In this document: one piece after another, positions 1 through 13,424 of the stretch | Layout: each line of letters begins with the position of its first letter | Numbering within the stretch: the first letter of the stretch is position 1 | From: Eledone cirrhosa | Lineage: Eukaryota | Length of the DNA: 64,000 bases | Assembly (NCBI GenBank): GCA_964016885.1 | Contig: OZ024743.1 | Span: 330,584,001 to 330,648,000, forward strand | Direction: 5' to 3' | Notes under the pieces: model-generated | The model's database searches: none | Seen by the model: only the letters and a program-made list of their open reading frames with translations | Told to the model about the DNA's origin: nothing | Position numbers and translations under genes: made by a program

Positions 1-27
1 TAGATAGATAGATAGATAGATAGATAG

Positions 28-590
28 ATTTCTTTATTAGCCACAAGGGCGCACAAGAAAAGGGGACAATACAAAGACATGCCGGGAATTTTACATACAG
101 TCGTGTAAAAAATATAAAATCAAACAATTACAACAATCGAAATCCCCAATAGGGGTGAGGCGCCACAAATGGGTTGTTTTATACCCTGTCAATAGAACAA
201 CCCTCAACTGCAGGAGCGTGTTGTGCAGGTGCTCCTTTCTTCCTTTTGCTCTCTTCTTCAACCTACAGGCTTATAAACAGAGAAGGCCCAATCACTCGGG
301 CCATTTTCGCTTCATTCACCCACCTTTCAGTAAATTTACTGGGGTGCAGTGCCTCTCTCTCCACTCGGATTCTCCTTCTAAAGTGATACTTAAATAGGGA
401 ATCAATTGTTGTTCGGAGAGAAAGGCATCTGTCCTCAGTCCTCTCAATCTCGTCCACCATATAACTTCTTTCACCATAGCCACCGTACAGAGGAAAACCG
501 CCTCTCTTTCGTTTTTGAAAGAGGCTGGCGGTTTGATCCTTACTATGGAGTCGGCAGTCAACTGGATTTGTCCCATACGCGACAGCAGAT
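28..590 (-). mobile_element. 3' fragment of L1/Tx1-type LINE (ORF2 C-terminus and 3' UTR) with (ATCT)n tail at 1-28
   Basis: Minus ORFs give IQLTADSIVRIKPPASF..AMVKEVIWWTRLRGLRTD and FKYHFRRRIRVERE..WVNEAKMARVIGP, homologous to ORF2 end at 24882-25229; ends GCCCTTGTGGCTAATAAA. Confidence 0.85.
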
Positions 591-670
591 AGATAGATAT
601 TAGTGTATTTTTTCTACTGTTTGGCACCTTTCAATATCTTGATAATGTCTTACAAATATAGAAATTCGGA

Positions 671-850
671 TTTAGTTGAAAGGTAAAATAACGCTTTCTT
701 ATATAGGCACAAGGCCAGCAATTTTGGAGGAGGGGAAAGTCGATTAAATCGACCTCAGTGCGAGACTGGTACTTTATTTTATCGACCCCTCCCCCGAAAT
801 TGCTGGCCTTGTGCCTATATAAGAAACCATTATTTTACCTTTCAACTAAA
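671..850. repeat. Foldback palindrome made from a SINE 3' part plus its flank
   Basis: TTTAGTTGAAAGGTAAAATAA..ATAGGCACAAGGCCAGCAATTT is mirrored by AAATTGCTGGCCTTGTGCCTAT..TTATTTTACCTTTCAACTAAA. Confidence 0.85.
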
Positions 851-1487
851 GGTAAACTAATACAGTGGAGCATGGATCGAAATGAAGTTTTGATTAACAA
901 ATTGATAAAGATTAAGATATCAAGTTCTAATTTCGGAGGTGACCTGTTTATATTTTAAATTATCTGTTGAATGTTTTAAATATCATTTTAACACTAGGGC
1001 GGCTTTCATGCGGGATGGGTTGAGCCGGTTCCATCGAGGTAATTCACAGTGTAAGTTTATTTCAATAGAGTTACTTCGGGCGATTAGTTTCACAAGCAGT
1101 GCCCAGCCCCAAATATATGCACTTTAGAATAGTGCAATCGAAGCATTACATCGGCTATAGCGGTGGTAAACACAACCTATTTGAGCCATTCTGTTGGCCA
1201 GCAGGACTTCACCCCACTGCCCAGCTCAGCAATACCGATCCTCGGCACCTATCTACAAAATATTGCAATCAAACATCATTGAAACTATATCATTTCTGCT
1301 AGAAATTGCAGTCAAATTTCCCTCAAGCTACATCTTAGCTATTAGGAATAGCAGTCATATACAGTCCACCACAAACGACGCTCTGTCTACAAAAAATAGA
1401 AGTCGATATTACCGTAAATAACATAGAAATGGCAGTCAAATCTCTTTCAAATCAAACCCTATAGCCTTAAAACTGAACACATTAAAT

Positions 1488-1815
1488 TCATATAAAAATG
1501 AGAAAACTCATAGCTAGAAAAGCCGTTTAAACAGCCAAATGATGTCAATGATAGCGATTGGCAAAATTCCTCAGAGGACAGAGATCAGCGACTACAGGTC
1601 GGCAGAGATATAGAAATATGTTATCTGCTTGCCACCCACCTCGTGGATTGTCTCTCTGGCGACCACTGGTCGCTGGTCTCTGTCCTCTCGGACATTTCTT
1701 TCCCCGCTGATATTGACAGCATATGGCTGTTTAAACGACTGTTCTAGCTATGAGTTTTCTCATTTTTATCTGAATTCAAAAACGTCTCGATCAGAGACAA
1801 CAATATTTATGCATA
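1488..1815. mobile_element. Imperfect palindromic insertion with 13-bp target-site duplication
   Basis: Arms ATAAAAATGAGAAAACTCATAGCTAGAA / TTCTAGCTATGAGTTTTCTCATTTTTAT; direct repeat GAACACATTAAAT at 1475-1487 and 1816-1828. Confidence 0.7.
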
Positions 1816-2271
1816 GAACACATTAAATAATATAATCCGGAGTACAATAAGCTTAAATAAAATGGATAGAATGGCAATAAGTTGAAATAACAAAAGTTAC
1901 AAGATACTAATTCAAGAAAGCGAGAGTTCCGTGGAGAAGAAGATGACTTGTCGACTGTAGACCCTGTTTGGTGAATCTACAAATAAAATAACTCTCAATC
2001 AAAATGTTCCAGATCTGGCATCCGATAGCTGCTTATTGTTCTTGTCTGGATAAGGACGGTGGATTGGCAGTATCGAGAGAGAAACAGAGGAGAGAGAGAA
2101 AAAGAAAGAGAGATAGAGATAGAGAGAAGAGAGAGAAAGAGAAAGAGAGATAGAGATAGAGAGAAGAGAGGGAAATATATATATATGTGTGTGTGTCTGA
2201 TGGTAGCTAAGATGCTTCCATAGGCGGTATGCCAGTTGAGCACTCTATGCTCTTACAGAGCAGAGTATGAT

Positions 2272-2371
2272 AGAATAGAAAACGAAAAATCAGTGATGCA
2301 TCGGAACTCAATTTATTATATTTATTATAATAAATTGAGTTCAGATGCATCACTGATTTTTCGTTTTCTAT

Positions 2372-2374
<3 letters not shown>
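2272..2374. repeat. About 100-bp near-perfect palindrome next to (CT)n(TA)n
   Basis: AGAATAGAAAACGAAAAATCAGTGATGCATCGGAACTCAATTTATTATA followed by its reverse complement. Confidence 0.9.
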
Positions 2375-2460
<86 letters not shown>

Positions 2461-2712
2461 AGATAAGCAGAACAAGTAAAATTCAACCAATTTTTCAAAA
2501 TAAATCAAAATTAATATACAATTTAAATTAATCAAAATTAAAAAATATAATATAAATATTTACCTATTCAAATGGCCCTAACTGTACAGTTTCACGTTGC
2601 AAAACATTAGATATCACGTGGATATTAATGGAAAAGCAAAGATCATCAGAGAAGCATTTTCCTATCCTAGGGTTAAAAACCCCAGGAACGACAAAATATA
2701 TGACCTCACTCC

Positions 2713-2769
<57 letters not shown>

Positions 2770-2774
<5 letters not shown>

Positions 2775-3237
2775 TCAGGTTATCAATAATGTAGTGATAA
2801 TATATCGTTACGTTAGAGATGAACAGCGTACGTGCAGGTTTGCTCAACGAGTATAAATTATATTCCGGAGAAATGTAGAAAGGATGAATATAAAATGAAA
2901 GTGCTTTTGTTAAAAAAGGAATTTATTAGGTATTGACATATGTTTCTGTAACAGACCGAATACCTATGTATCGCTGCTTGCGTAATCATATAATGTTAGC
3001 AAGTATTCGATAGCAAATGTATAATCAGTTGTCACTTCTTCAGAGATTTTGGATAAACTGTTTATCCAAAATCTCTGAAGAAGTGGCAACTGATTATACA
3101 TTTGCTATCGAATACTTGCTAACATTATATGATTACGCAAGCAGCGATACATAGGTATTCCGTCTGTTACAGAAACATATGTCAATACCTAATAAATTCC
3201 TTTTTTAACAAAAGCACTTTCATTTTATATTCATCCT

Positions 3238-3242
<5 letters not shown>
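2770..3242. mobile_element. Foldback element in (TA)n: 367-bp palindrome (2876-3242) plus unpaired tail (2770-2875)
   Basis: 183-bp arms around a 1-nt centre at 3059 with two mismatches seen; hammerhead-like CTGAAGAAG..TCGAATAC at 3075-3115. Confidence 0.75.
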
Positions 3243-3300
<58 letters not shown>

Positions 3301-3513
3301 ATAGAAAACGAAAAATCAGTGATGCATCTGAACTCAATTTATTATAAGAGAGAGAGAGGGGGGAGAGAGAGAGAGTGAAGCAGTCATTGACACGGACGCT
3401 GTCCCCAGGTCACCGTTGACACTGTCAATAAATAAAACCAGAGACAGTTTAACTGTCATCACTTTTATCGTTCTTCACCAATTTCCTGAACTTTCATAAT
3501 TATTGGAAACTCC

Positions 3514-3735
3514 AAGGGCGGTGGATTGGCAGAATCGGTAGAGCGTCGTACAACATGTTTCGCGGCATAGAGTTACGACCCTTTACGTTCTGTGTTCAAA
3601 TCCCGCCGACGTTAGCTTTGCCTTTCATCTTTACGAGGTCGATAATATATAGTACCAATAACGTACTGAGGTCGATTTAATTAACTTTCCCTTCCCTGAA
3701 AATAGTTAGCCTTGTGCCTAAATCAGAAACTCTTA
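3514..3735 (+). mobile_element. tRNA-derived SINE (most common family in the window)
   Basis: A-box-like TGGCAGAATCGGT, B-box GTTCAAATCC, body GCCTTTCATC..GGTCGAT..AGTACC..GCCTTGTGCC shared with more than 10 copies. Confidence 0.85.
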
Positions 3736-4740
3736 TTCTTGTCTGGATAATCATATTGTGGAAATTGAATCACCATTTGATGGTACAACACATAATCAGT
3801 ACCCATGGCTATATTTTCCTCATTCCGCATGCGCCGGATTATTCAGATGAACAATAACAATTTGTTACATCTCAATGTGGTGTTTATTTGTATTTCCTAA
3901 AGAGAAAAAATACACTCAGTACAAACCTTGTCACTAACTATACACATCCATGCGATTCATAGGCAACTGTAGTTGGTGTTGTTAAAATATTTTACAACAG
4001 CACTCTTCATGGTGCACGAACCGTCTTGAAAATAATATATACTGGCAACCATACCTCACACACGGTGTTCTGCAAAGCGCTCCTTCAACGATTTCAGACG
4101 AAGGAAAGCATATGCGAAAAGTGAAAGGAGTCAGAGACACCCAAAATAGTGTGGCATTACTAAATATAAAGTGAAAATAACTCAACATGGCTATTGGTAG
4201 AAATTTTGACAAAATAATTGATATTTTGCGAGTTGCTAAGGTAGAAAACAACATTTCCTTTAAGTTGCATGTTGTGCGATTAACTTGCGTGTTGTTTATC
4301 GCCGAGTGATAAAAATAGATTTTTTATTATTAGAATTTGCAATTTACGTGTAAATTTTCCTGAAAAATCAAACAGGCGTCCTTCTTAACCAAAGAACCCT
4401 ATATTTATTTATACATTTATTTATTTATTTATTTATTCAATTTAAACAACCGTATAGAGCTAGTAAACCACGACAGACTAGGGGAAGTATCGAGTACTCC
4501 TTACAGTTGGTAATCAAAAAGAGCTGGTGAGAGAGAGACAAGTAATAAAAATATAAAATAAAAAATAAATAAAAAATAAAAAACTACAATAAAATAAAAC
4601 TAAAAAAAGAGAAAAAGGGGAAACAATAAAATAACAATACATCGAAATTTATCTTTCTAATAAATCGATCTCCCTCAGTTTCAAAAATGAGCATTTCAAT
4701 TGTTCAATCACCTGATCTGCCAACTCATTAAACTAATCTA

Positions 4741-5111
4741 TACTCTCGGGTCTCCAATAATGACTCCCCCAGTCACTCATTCATTTTCCAGATATTCCCC
4801 CTCACCCACACCATGTTCCCCCACCCACCTCTTATTAAGTTTTGTCAATCTATCTTCGTCGAAATTTTAAATCGTAGCATTCCCGTGACAATTTTCTTGA
4901 TACATCAAAAAACATTATACATGACAAAAATGTACATTACTAGAAATCCCATACGTTATAAAGTAAATAGGATGGGTTGGGGTCTCAATATGTAAACTAA
5001 ACGACTAATTCTGTTATTTTTTTAAATCATCGGAGAAGACCTAAAAAAATTACCGATCCCCCACCTCCACAGCTTTTTCCAATCATCCCTATTATTTGAG
5101 ACCCGAAAATA
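4741..5111 (+). mobile_element. Non-autonomous TIR DNA transposon (MITE), TA-flanked
   Basis: TIRs TACTCTCGGGTCTCCAATAAT / ATTATTTGAGACCCGAAAATA; internal sequence shared with 47198-47600 and 59414-59982. Confidence 0.75.
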
Positions 5112-5162
5112 AGACCTCAACCAATGGCTCCCGACACTTTCTTATATATATATATATATATA

Positions 5163-5186
5163 TATAATTGAATATAAAAAAGAGAT

Positions 5187-5276
<90 letters not shown>

Positions 5277-5566
5277 CCAAATCGTAAGGGACCAGGCTGG
5301 GTTTCTGACTGTTGTCACAAGTTCGGTTTGTATTTTTTTTTTCTTAATTTATTCTTTTCAATTGAGTCTGGCAAACCCTATTGTTCATAGGTAGTATTTT
5401 TTTTCACCCTAGCGAATCTGGTCCCTTACGATTTGAACACATATATGTATATATCTGTGTTTATCTCTCTTTTATATTCAATTATATTACGGCCCGGAAA
5501 CATTTCTTTCCTTGAGCTATTTGATTGTTAGAGACTATTTTGAGTTTCTAACTCAATATATACCTT

Positions 5567-5569
<3 letters not shown>
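5163..5569. mobile_element. Foldback element in (TA)n with 3' tail
   Basis: TATAATTGAATATAAAAAAGAGATAAACAC / GTGTTTATCTCTCTTTTATATTCAATTATA and inner CAAATCGTAAGGGACCAG / CTGGTCCCTTACGATTTG; tail 5488-5569. Confidence 0.7.
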
Positions 5570-5648
<79 letters not shown>

Positions 5649-5814
5649 ATGTATATATATATACGTGTGTATGTGTGTGTGTGTGTGTGTGTGCGTTGTG
5701 TGTGTGTGTGTGTGTGTCTGTGAGTTCAGTAGAAATTGTTTTGGTAAAAGTAGGAGCAGGCAGGAGAAAGCTCTATACATTGTAGTTTGCAGTTACGATG
5801 GAGATTCAGTATAA

Positions 5815-5935
5815 TAATTGTTTCTATTTGTGGCACAAGGCCAGCAATTACCCAGTACATTACTGGTACTTTATTTTATCGACCCCGTAAAGATGAAAGA
5901 CAAAGTCAACCTCGGCGGGATTTGAACTCAGATCG
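5815..5935 (-). mobile_element. 5'-truncated tRNA-derived SINE
   Basis: GGCACAAGGCCAGCAATT..TACTGGTACTTTATTTTATCGACCCC..GGATTTGAACTCAG. Confidence 0.85.
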
Positions 5936-6065
5936 TTATTAAGAAAGATGTAACATCAGCATCTTTCTTCATGTTATTCTTATATATATATATGTGTGTG
6001 TTTGTAAGCGTGTGTAGGTGTGTGTACGGGTGCGCGCGTGTGTGTATATATGTATGTATATATCA

Positions 6066-6152
<87 letters not shown>

Positions 6153-6154
6153 TG

Positions 6155-6186
<32 letters not shown>

Positions 6187-6365
6187 TGTGTGTGTGTAGA
6201 TACACTCAAGAAGTATTGAGACTGTTATCAGAGAGACATTTATTCAACTCAGATAAACTCAAAACTCTCCACTCTAAACTCAGGATCCTCCAACGTCAAT
6301 GTCGTTCTAGAAAACCCTGTTGTACTCCTCCAAACTGTATATATGTATATGTATGTGTGTGTATG

Positions 6366-6436
<71 letters not shown>

Positions 6437-6511
6437 TACCCACTCCACTACCCTAAGTATTGAGTACTCCGGTGCGTTATGGTCATCTGGTTCCTTACCA
6501 CAACTCCTTCG

Positions 6512-6559
<48 letters not shown>

Positions 6560-6758
6560 AGTATATTTGGCAATATACTGTATGTTTAATTAAACATATT
6601 TAGAAGACCATTCACTATGAGTTTTAAAGTAGTGACTATGTCACTTATTTTCGGCAAAAACAAAGGGAGAGTGATTGACAGTCTGTTTCTCACTTGTTGG
6701 CGTTTATGAAAACCACACACTCCCCGGCCTTTGCCGAAAATTATAGAAGCTGGATTCT

Positions 6759-6839
6759 TATAGAGTTCCAGTAATATTTAGGAGCTGAACCGGCAATCGC
6801 TCTGTTTAATCAGCTCCTAAATATTACTGGAATTCTATA
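6759..6839. repeat. 30-bp-arm hairpin at the 5' junction of a CR1 fragment
   Basis: TATAGAGTTCCAGTAATATTTAGGAGCTGA / TCAGCTCCTAAATATTACTGGAATTCTATA. Confidence 0.85.
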
Positions 6840-7455
6840 CTATGGAGGACATTTGTCCTAAGCCACCTGTGCTACTGCTCCTATCTGTGGTCACTCCATA
6901 GTATCAAACTAACCACGGGTCTTGAGACAATCCAACGAAGCTACACCAAGAAGATTGCCACGATAAAGGAGATGAGCTACTGGGAGAGGCTAAAAGAACT
7001 GAAACTCTATTCCTTGGAACGAAGACGGGAGAGATACGCAGTGATATACATACGGAAAATCCTGGAGGGACTAGTACCAAAGTTTGGCATTGAGAGCTGG
7101 ACCAACCCCCTAACAGAACGTCACTGTGTGGTGCTAAAGGTCCCGTCGTTCACATCTAGAATATGGAGCAGATATTGCAATAGCCTGGGGTTCAAAAGCC
7201 CTCAACACTTCAACAAAATGCAAGGAAATTTGAGAGATGTGCATGGTGTGGACGTGGATGTTTTCAAGAAACACCTTGACACTCTGCTATCCAGGATCCT
7301 GGATGAGCCCTCAGCACGGTACGATGGTAACATAAGGGCAGCAACAACGAACTCCCTCTTAACCAATAGCCAGCCAACACAGGCAGGTGATAGAAAGTGT
7401 AGCAACAAGCGCGGTGCCCCAGTATGGCCTCAGCCGGATGGCTGGAACAGGTAAA
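6836..7455 (+). mobile_element. 3' fragment of CR1-group LINE (post-RT region)
   Basis: LETIQRSYTKKI..MSYWERLKELKLYSLERRRERYAVIYIRKILEG..FKKHLDTLL, typical CR1/L2 C-terminal motifs. Confidence 0.85.
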
Positions 7456-7518
7456 AGAATATATATGTATATATATCAACATAAATTAACGGAGTCATAG
7501 ACTCGCGTTATTCTCTGT

Positions 7519-8387
7519 AAATGATGTGCTCAAAGGAAAAGGAATCCCGAGTTCTTCAAAATACAATATGTAGAAAGGATAACACACTAGAGTGAGAGAG
7601 AGTATGTGCGATCAATAAACAGGGAAACCACCAGTGTATGGAATCTATAAACTACGGAAGGTGAGGTAGACACACAATAATTAAAAATATAAATCAAAAT
7701 ATGTATACCCAATCTCTATAACTATATATCACACACGTACAAATCCAAAGATATTTGTTACGCCAAAAAATTATTGACTGAGAAGGAAACACCTATGGGT
7801 CATTAGCGTGTGTTAGGTTGATACATTCCTGACAACTCTAAGAAAATATAAGATGACCGTCCTGCAACACGTGGTAGAGAGATGTGACAGCGTGCATAGG
7901 ACAGTGAACCAGTGGTATTTGAGGGACGAGCTGCTAGAAATGATGTGCTCAAAGGAAAAGGAATCCTGAGCTCTTCAAAATACAATATGTAGAAAGGATA
8001 ACACACTAGAGAGAGAGAGAGTGTGTGCCATCAATAAACAGGGAAAACACCAGTGTATGGAATCTATAAACTACGGCTGCCATGCACGCTGTCACATCTC
8101 TCTACTACGTGTTGCTATTTCTTAGAGTTGTCAGGAATGTATCAACCTAACACACGCTAATGACCCATAGGTGTTTCCTTCTCAGTCAATAATTTTTTGG
8201 CGTAACAAATATCTTTGGATTTGTACGTGTGTGATATATAGTTATAGAGATTGGGTAATACATATTTTAATTATGTGTCTACCTCACCTTCCGTAGTTTA
8301 TAGATTCCATACACTGGTGGTTTCCCTGTTTATTGATCGCACATACTCTCTCTCACTCTAGTGTGTTATCATTTCTACATATTGTAT
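7519..8387. mobile_element. About 419-bp unit, partial direct repeat, then inverted copy ending in (TA)n (pLTR-like arrangement)
   Basis: AAATGATGTGCTCAAAGGAAAAGGAATCC at 7519 and 7938; 8081-8387 is the reverse complement of about 7561-7897 with small indels. Confidence 0.75.
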
Positions 8388-8822
8388 ATATATATATATA
8401 TATAGTTAGGAAGCAGAAAATTACTTATTGTGATCCAGTTCGTGGTTAAGAAAGCCAGTTTCATGATGGTTTCAACGTACGGTTAGGGGTAACTCCACAA
8501 GTTTGTAAGAATTCCGTTCAATCTTGGAGTATAAGTATAAAAAGAGAAACACAGGTAAGCATTAGAGAAGGGATTTTATCCAGGTATTTACGACCGTTTC
8601 ATTGGTAAGTGCAACCTTATATGGCTATACTGCAAATAGCACCCACTCAATGATAATTGTTGTTCACGTCCAAATTTTCAAAATAGTGAGTAGTTACTCT
8701 TGAAATAGTTCTTAATATATAGAGAAAAACATTTTTTGGAATTGTATTTACTAGTAATTATCCATTTTGATATTGTTTTTTGCGATATATATATATATAT
8801 ATATATATATAGTATATAGAGA

Positions 8823-8915
<93 letters not shown>

Positions 8916-8970
8916 GAGAGAGAGATAATAGATAAATATACACGGGTGTGTATGATTGTGTATAGAAGAT

Positions 8971-9202
8971 TATATTAATAAAAGGAATTCCAACTTTGTC
9001 TGATTTACTCGTTTTATTTACAATCCTTTAAAATTTATATAATGGTATTAGAATGAAATAGTATGGTAGAATATTAAATATTAAGTGTTAATTGACACTT
9101 AATATTTAATATTCTACAATACTATTTCATTCTAATACCATTATATAAATTTTAAAGGATGTAAATAAAACGAGTAAATCAGACAAAGTTGGAATTCCTT
9201 TT

Positions 9203-9212
<10 letters not shown>
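8971..9212. repeat. About 240-bp near-perfect palindrome running into (TA)n
   Basis: TATTAATAAAAGGAATTCCAACTTTGTCTG.. centre AAGTGTTAATTGACACTT ..CAGACAAAGTTGGAATTCCTTTTATTAATA. Confidence 0.9.
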
Positions 9213-10666
<1,454 letters not shown>

Positions 10667-10667
10667 A

Positions 10668-12528
10668 ATCTCTGGGCTACCTATGGGCTCTAGTCTGTCC
10701 GGCATACTTGCTGCGATCTCGTACATGGACCACCTGGAACGCAAGGCACTCAATACCTGCCAACCCAACGCCGTCGCCTTCTACTCCAGATACGTTGATG
10801 ACATCCTGATACTCACTTCTTCCCGGGAATGACATTCACCAAATCTTCAACGATACTGACCATCACGTCGATTTCACCATCGAACACCCAGGAGAAGACG
10901 GGTCACTCGCCCTCCTCGACTTCCGTATCAACATCTCGGAAGAAGGAGACATAAACACCACCTTCTACCGCAAAGCAGCGTGCAAGGACTTATTTGTGCA
11001 TTACAACTCAGCCCTCCCCAACAACGCTAAGAGAGGCTATGTCCTAAATGAACTGACACGTATCACTAACAGATGCAGCGACCCGATGGGTGGTCTCACC
11101 CATACCACGCAATTCCGTAATCTACTCAGGTCTAATGGATATCCCAAGCGACTGATTAACGGAATTAGAGACCCCAGACCCAATAGACAGACACCCACTA
11201 GAAACTCAAATAAAAGCAGGTGCTTCTTTAAAATCCCCCACCTGAGTGAATATACCACGAACGCCATCCGCAGGGCCATACGGACGGAGGGACTTGACAT
11301 ACATTTGGCCCACACAGGACCTTCGCTGCGAAGATGCCTCTCCAACAAACCCGACGAGTCAGATGGGACGTGTTCCCCCAGCAACTGCCCGATACGGGGG
11401 GCAGATTGCCTACGCACCTATGTCGTATATAAGATTCAATGCGATAAATGTAACAAGTTTTACATAGGTAGCACCATCCGACCCCTACATGTTCGTATCA
11501 AGGAACATGTCAACACCAACGCATCTTCCTTCCGTAAACACATCCTTAAATGCGGAAACCCACAGGGTAGACCCTTGGTCACAGTCCTAGCGACTGAACG
11601 CAGCATCGGATCCTTAAGGATAAAGGAAGCACTTGTTATTAAGAACCTCAGACCCCCACTTAACAACCGGGCTGAGAGAAATGAGCTGACATGGCTAACT
11701 TAACCATAGTGACCATTCACAGCCCTTACGGCCTGCTATTTTCACACACACGCACGTATATGCATACCCATACGCATACACACACACATCTATATTTATA
11801 CACGCACACATGTTTTTACAACCTACCACCTTTCACACCCTTTGATTTCCAGCTTCTACAGCCCACTATCTTTCGCACACACACGCACACATACACACAC
11901 ACAGTTACACACACATGTATACCCATACGCTTACACACACACATGTTTATACACGCACACATGTTTTACAACCTACCACCTTTCACACCCTATGATTTCC
12001 AGCTTCTACAGCCCACTATCTTTCACACACACTCACACATATACACACTTACACATATACACACACAGTTACACACACATATATATTTACACACATATAT
12101 TTTACGGCTTTCAAACGCTAGCGCACCCTCTTGATTTAACCCATTTGGTCAGTAGCTTTTGCCACAGCCTATCACGCGCACGCGCATTCTTTCCCCCATT
12201 TAAATTTTAAATAATTTTTCTCCCCATAACGGCATTCCTGTTTTAACGACATCACAACTTTCTCCGCTTAGCCTCTTCCCCCCGCCCCCCTTTGGAACTT
12301 TCCCCCGTTGATGGGCGTGAGCCCGAAATATTGGGATTAAATCTCCACTACGGTAACCCTTCTACCTTTGTTTTGTTTTCATCTTTGTCTCTCTCTATTT
12401 TCACTTTCTCCTATTTCTCTTATCTATCATTCACCTCCTACCTCGAGATTTCCCTCTGCATTGTTGTGGCTTTCTAAACTACGTATTTTACACATTTCAC
12501 AATGCTTCAAGCAAACTTTAACACCCTC
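10668..12528 (+). mobile_element. 5'-truncated Penelope-like element (RT C-half, GIY-YIG endonuclease, 3' pLTR) in (TA)n
   Basis: GLPMGSSLSGILA, FYSRYVDDIL and FYRK motifs at 10670-10990 (frameshifted); ORF 10996-11703 has VVYKIQCDKCNKFYIGSTIRPLHVRIKEH..KEALVIK..PPLN. Confidence 0.92.
12302..12335 (+). ncRNA. Degenerate minimal type I hammerhead ribozyme in the PLE pLTR
   Basis: CCC-CCGTTGA-T-GGGC(GTGA)GCCC-GAA-ATAT-T-GGG; stems intact, two substitutions in the CUGANGA box. Confidence 0.65.
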
Positions 12529-13000
12529 ATATATATATTAATATATATATATCGCAAAAACAATATCAAAATGGATAATTACTTTTGACTCAGTTATGTA
12601 TTTCTACAAATGTTTCTGTATTTCACACAATCTTACACTATATTACGTAAATTCGCAATAGCATAAGTTATGGTAACTAAATTGTTTGATGAGAGCATGC
12701 CATCAGAAATTCACAACCATAAATATAATGTTGTATCATTCTATTCAGATTGACGTAGCATTATATTTCAGTCAGCAAGCGTTATGTAATTGGACATTAT
12801 AAATATACATTATATCAATAATTGAGTGAAACAGAACCATTTTAGGAGTGACGTAAGTCTGGTAATTAACAATGGTGGTAGTTTGGTACTGTATAATACA
12901 CACTCATCACACCATCGTATATATCTCCTGCAATAATACACGATACAATGAGCAATGAAAATTGGTTGGAAGCGAAATATATAACATATATATACATATA

Positions 13001-13105
<105 letters not shown>

Positions 13106-13381
13106 CTGTATATATCTATATCTATATATATATATAAATATATATATATGTATATATATGTATATATATGTAGGTATATATATATACATACACACACATA
13201 TACAAACATACATATATATATACAAACATATATATATATTGTTATACTTTGGGAGGGTCATGTTGCCAATAAGAAACACACGCACCAGTTGCTTTCACTT
13301 CAATTTATTATAATAAGTTTATAAATTTAGGAATTTATAAATTTTCGGTTGGTTCCACAACCAGATGGTTGTTTATATATC

Positions 13382-13424
13382 GTCAAAGTTCTTTCGTCAC
13401 ACATTCTGTGACCTCTTCAGTGAC
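13382..13424 (-). ncRNA. Minimal type I hammerhead ribozyme (inverted pLTR copy)
   Basis: GTCA-CTGAAGA-G-GTCAC(AGAATGT)GTGAC-GAA-AGAACT-T-TGAC. Confidence 0.85.
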
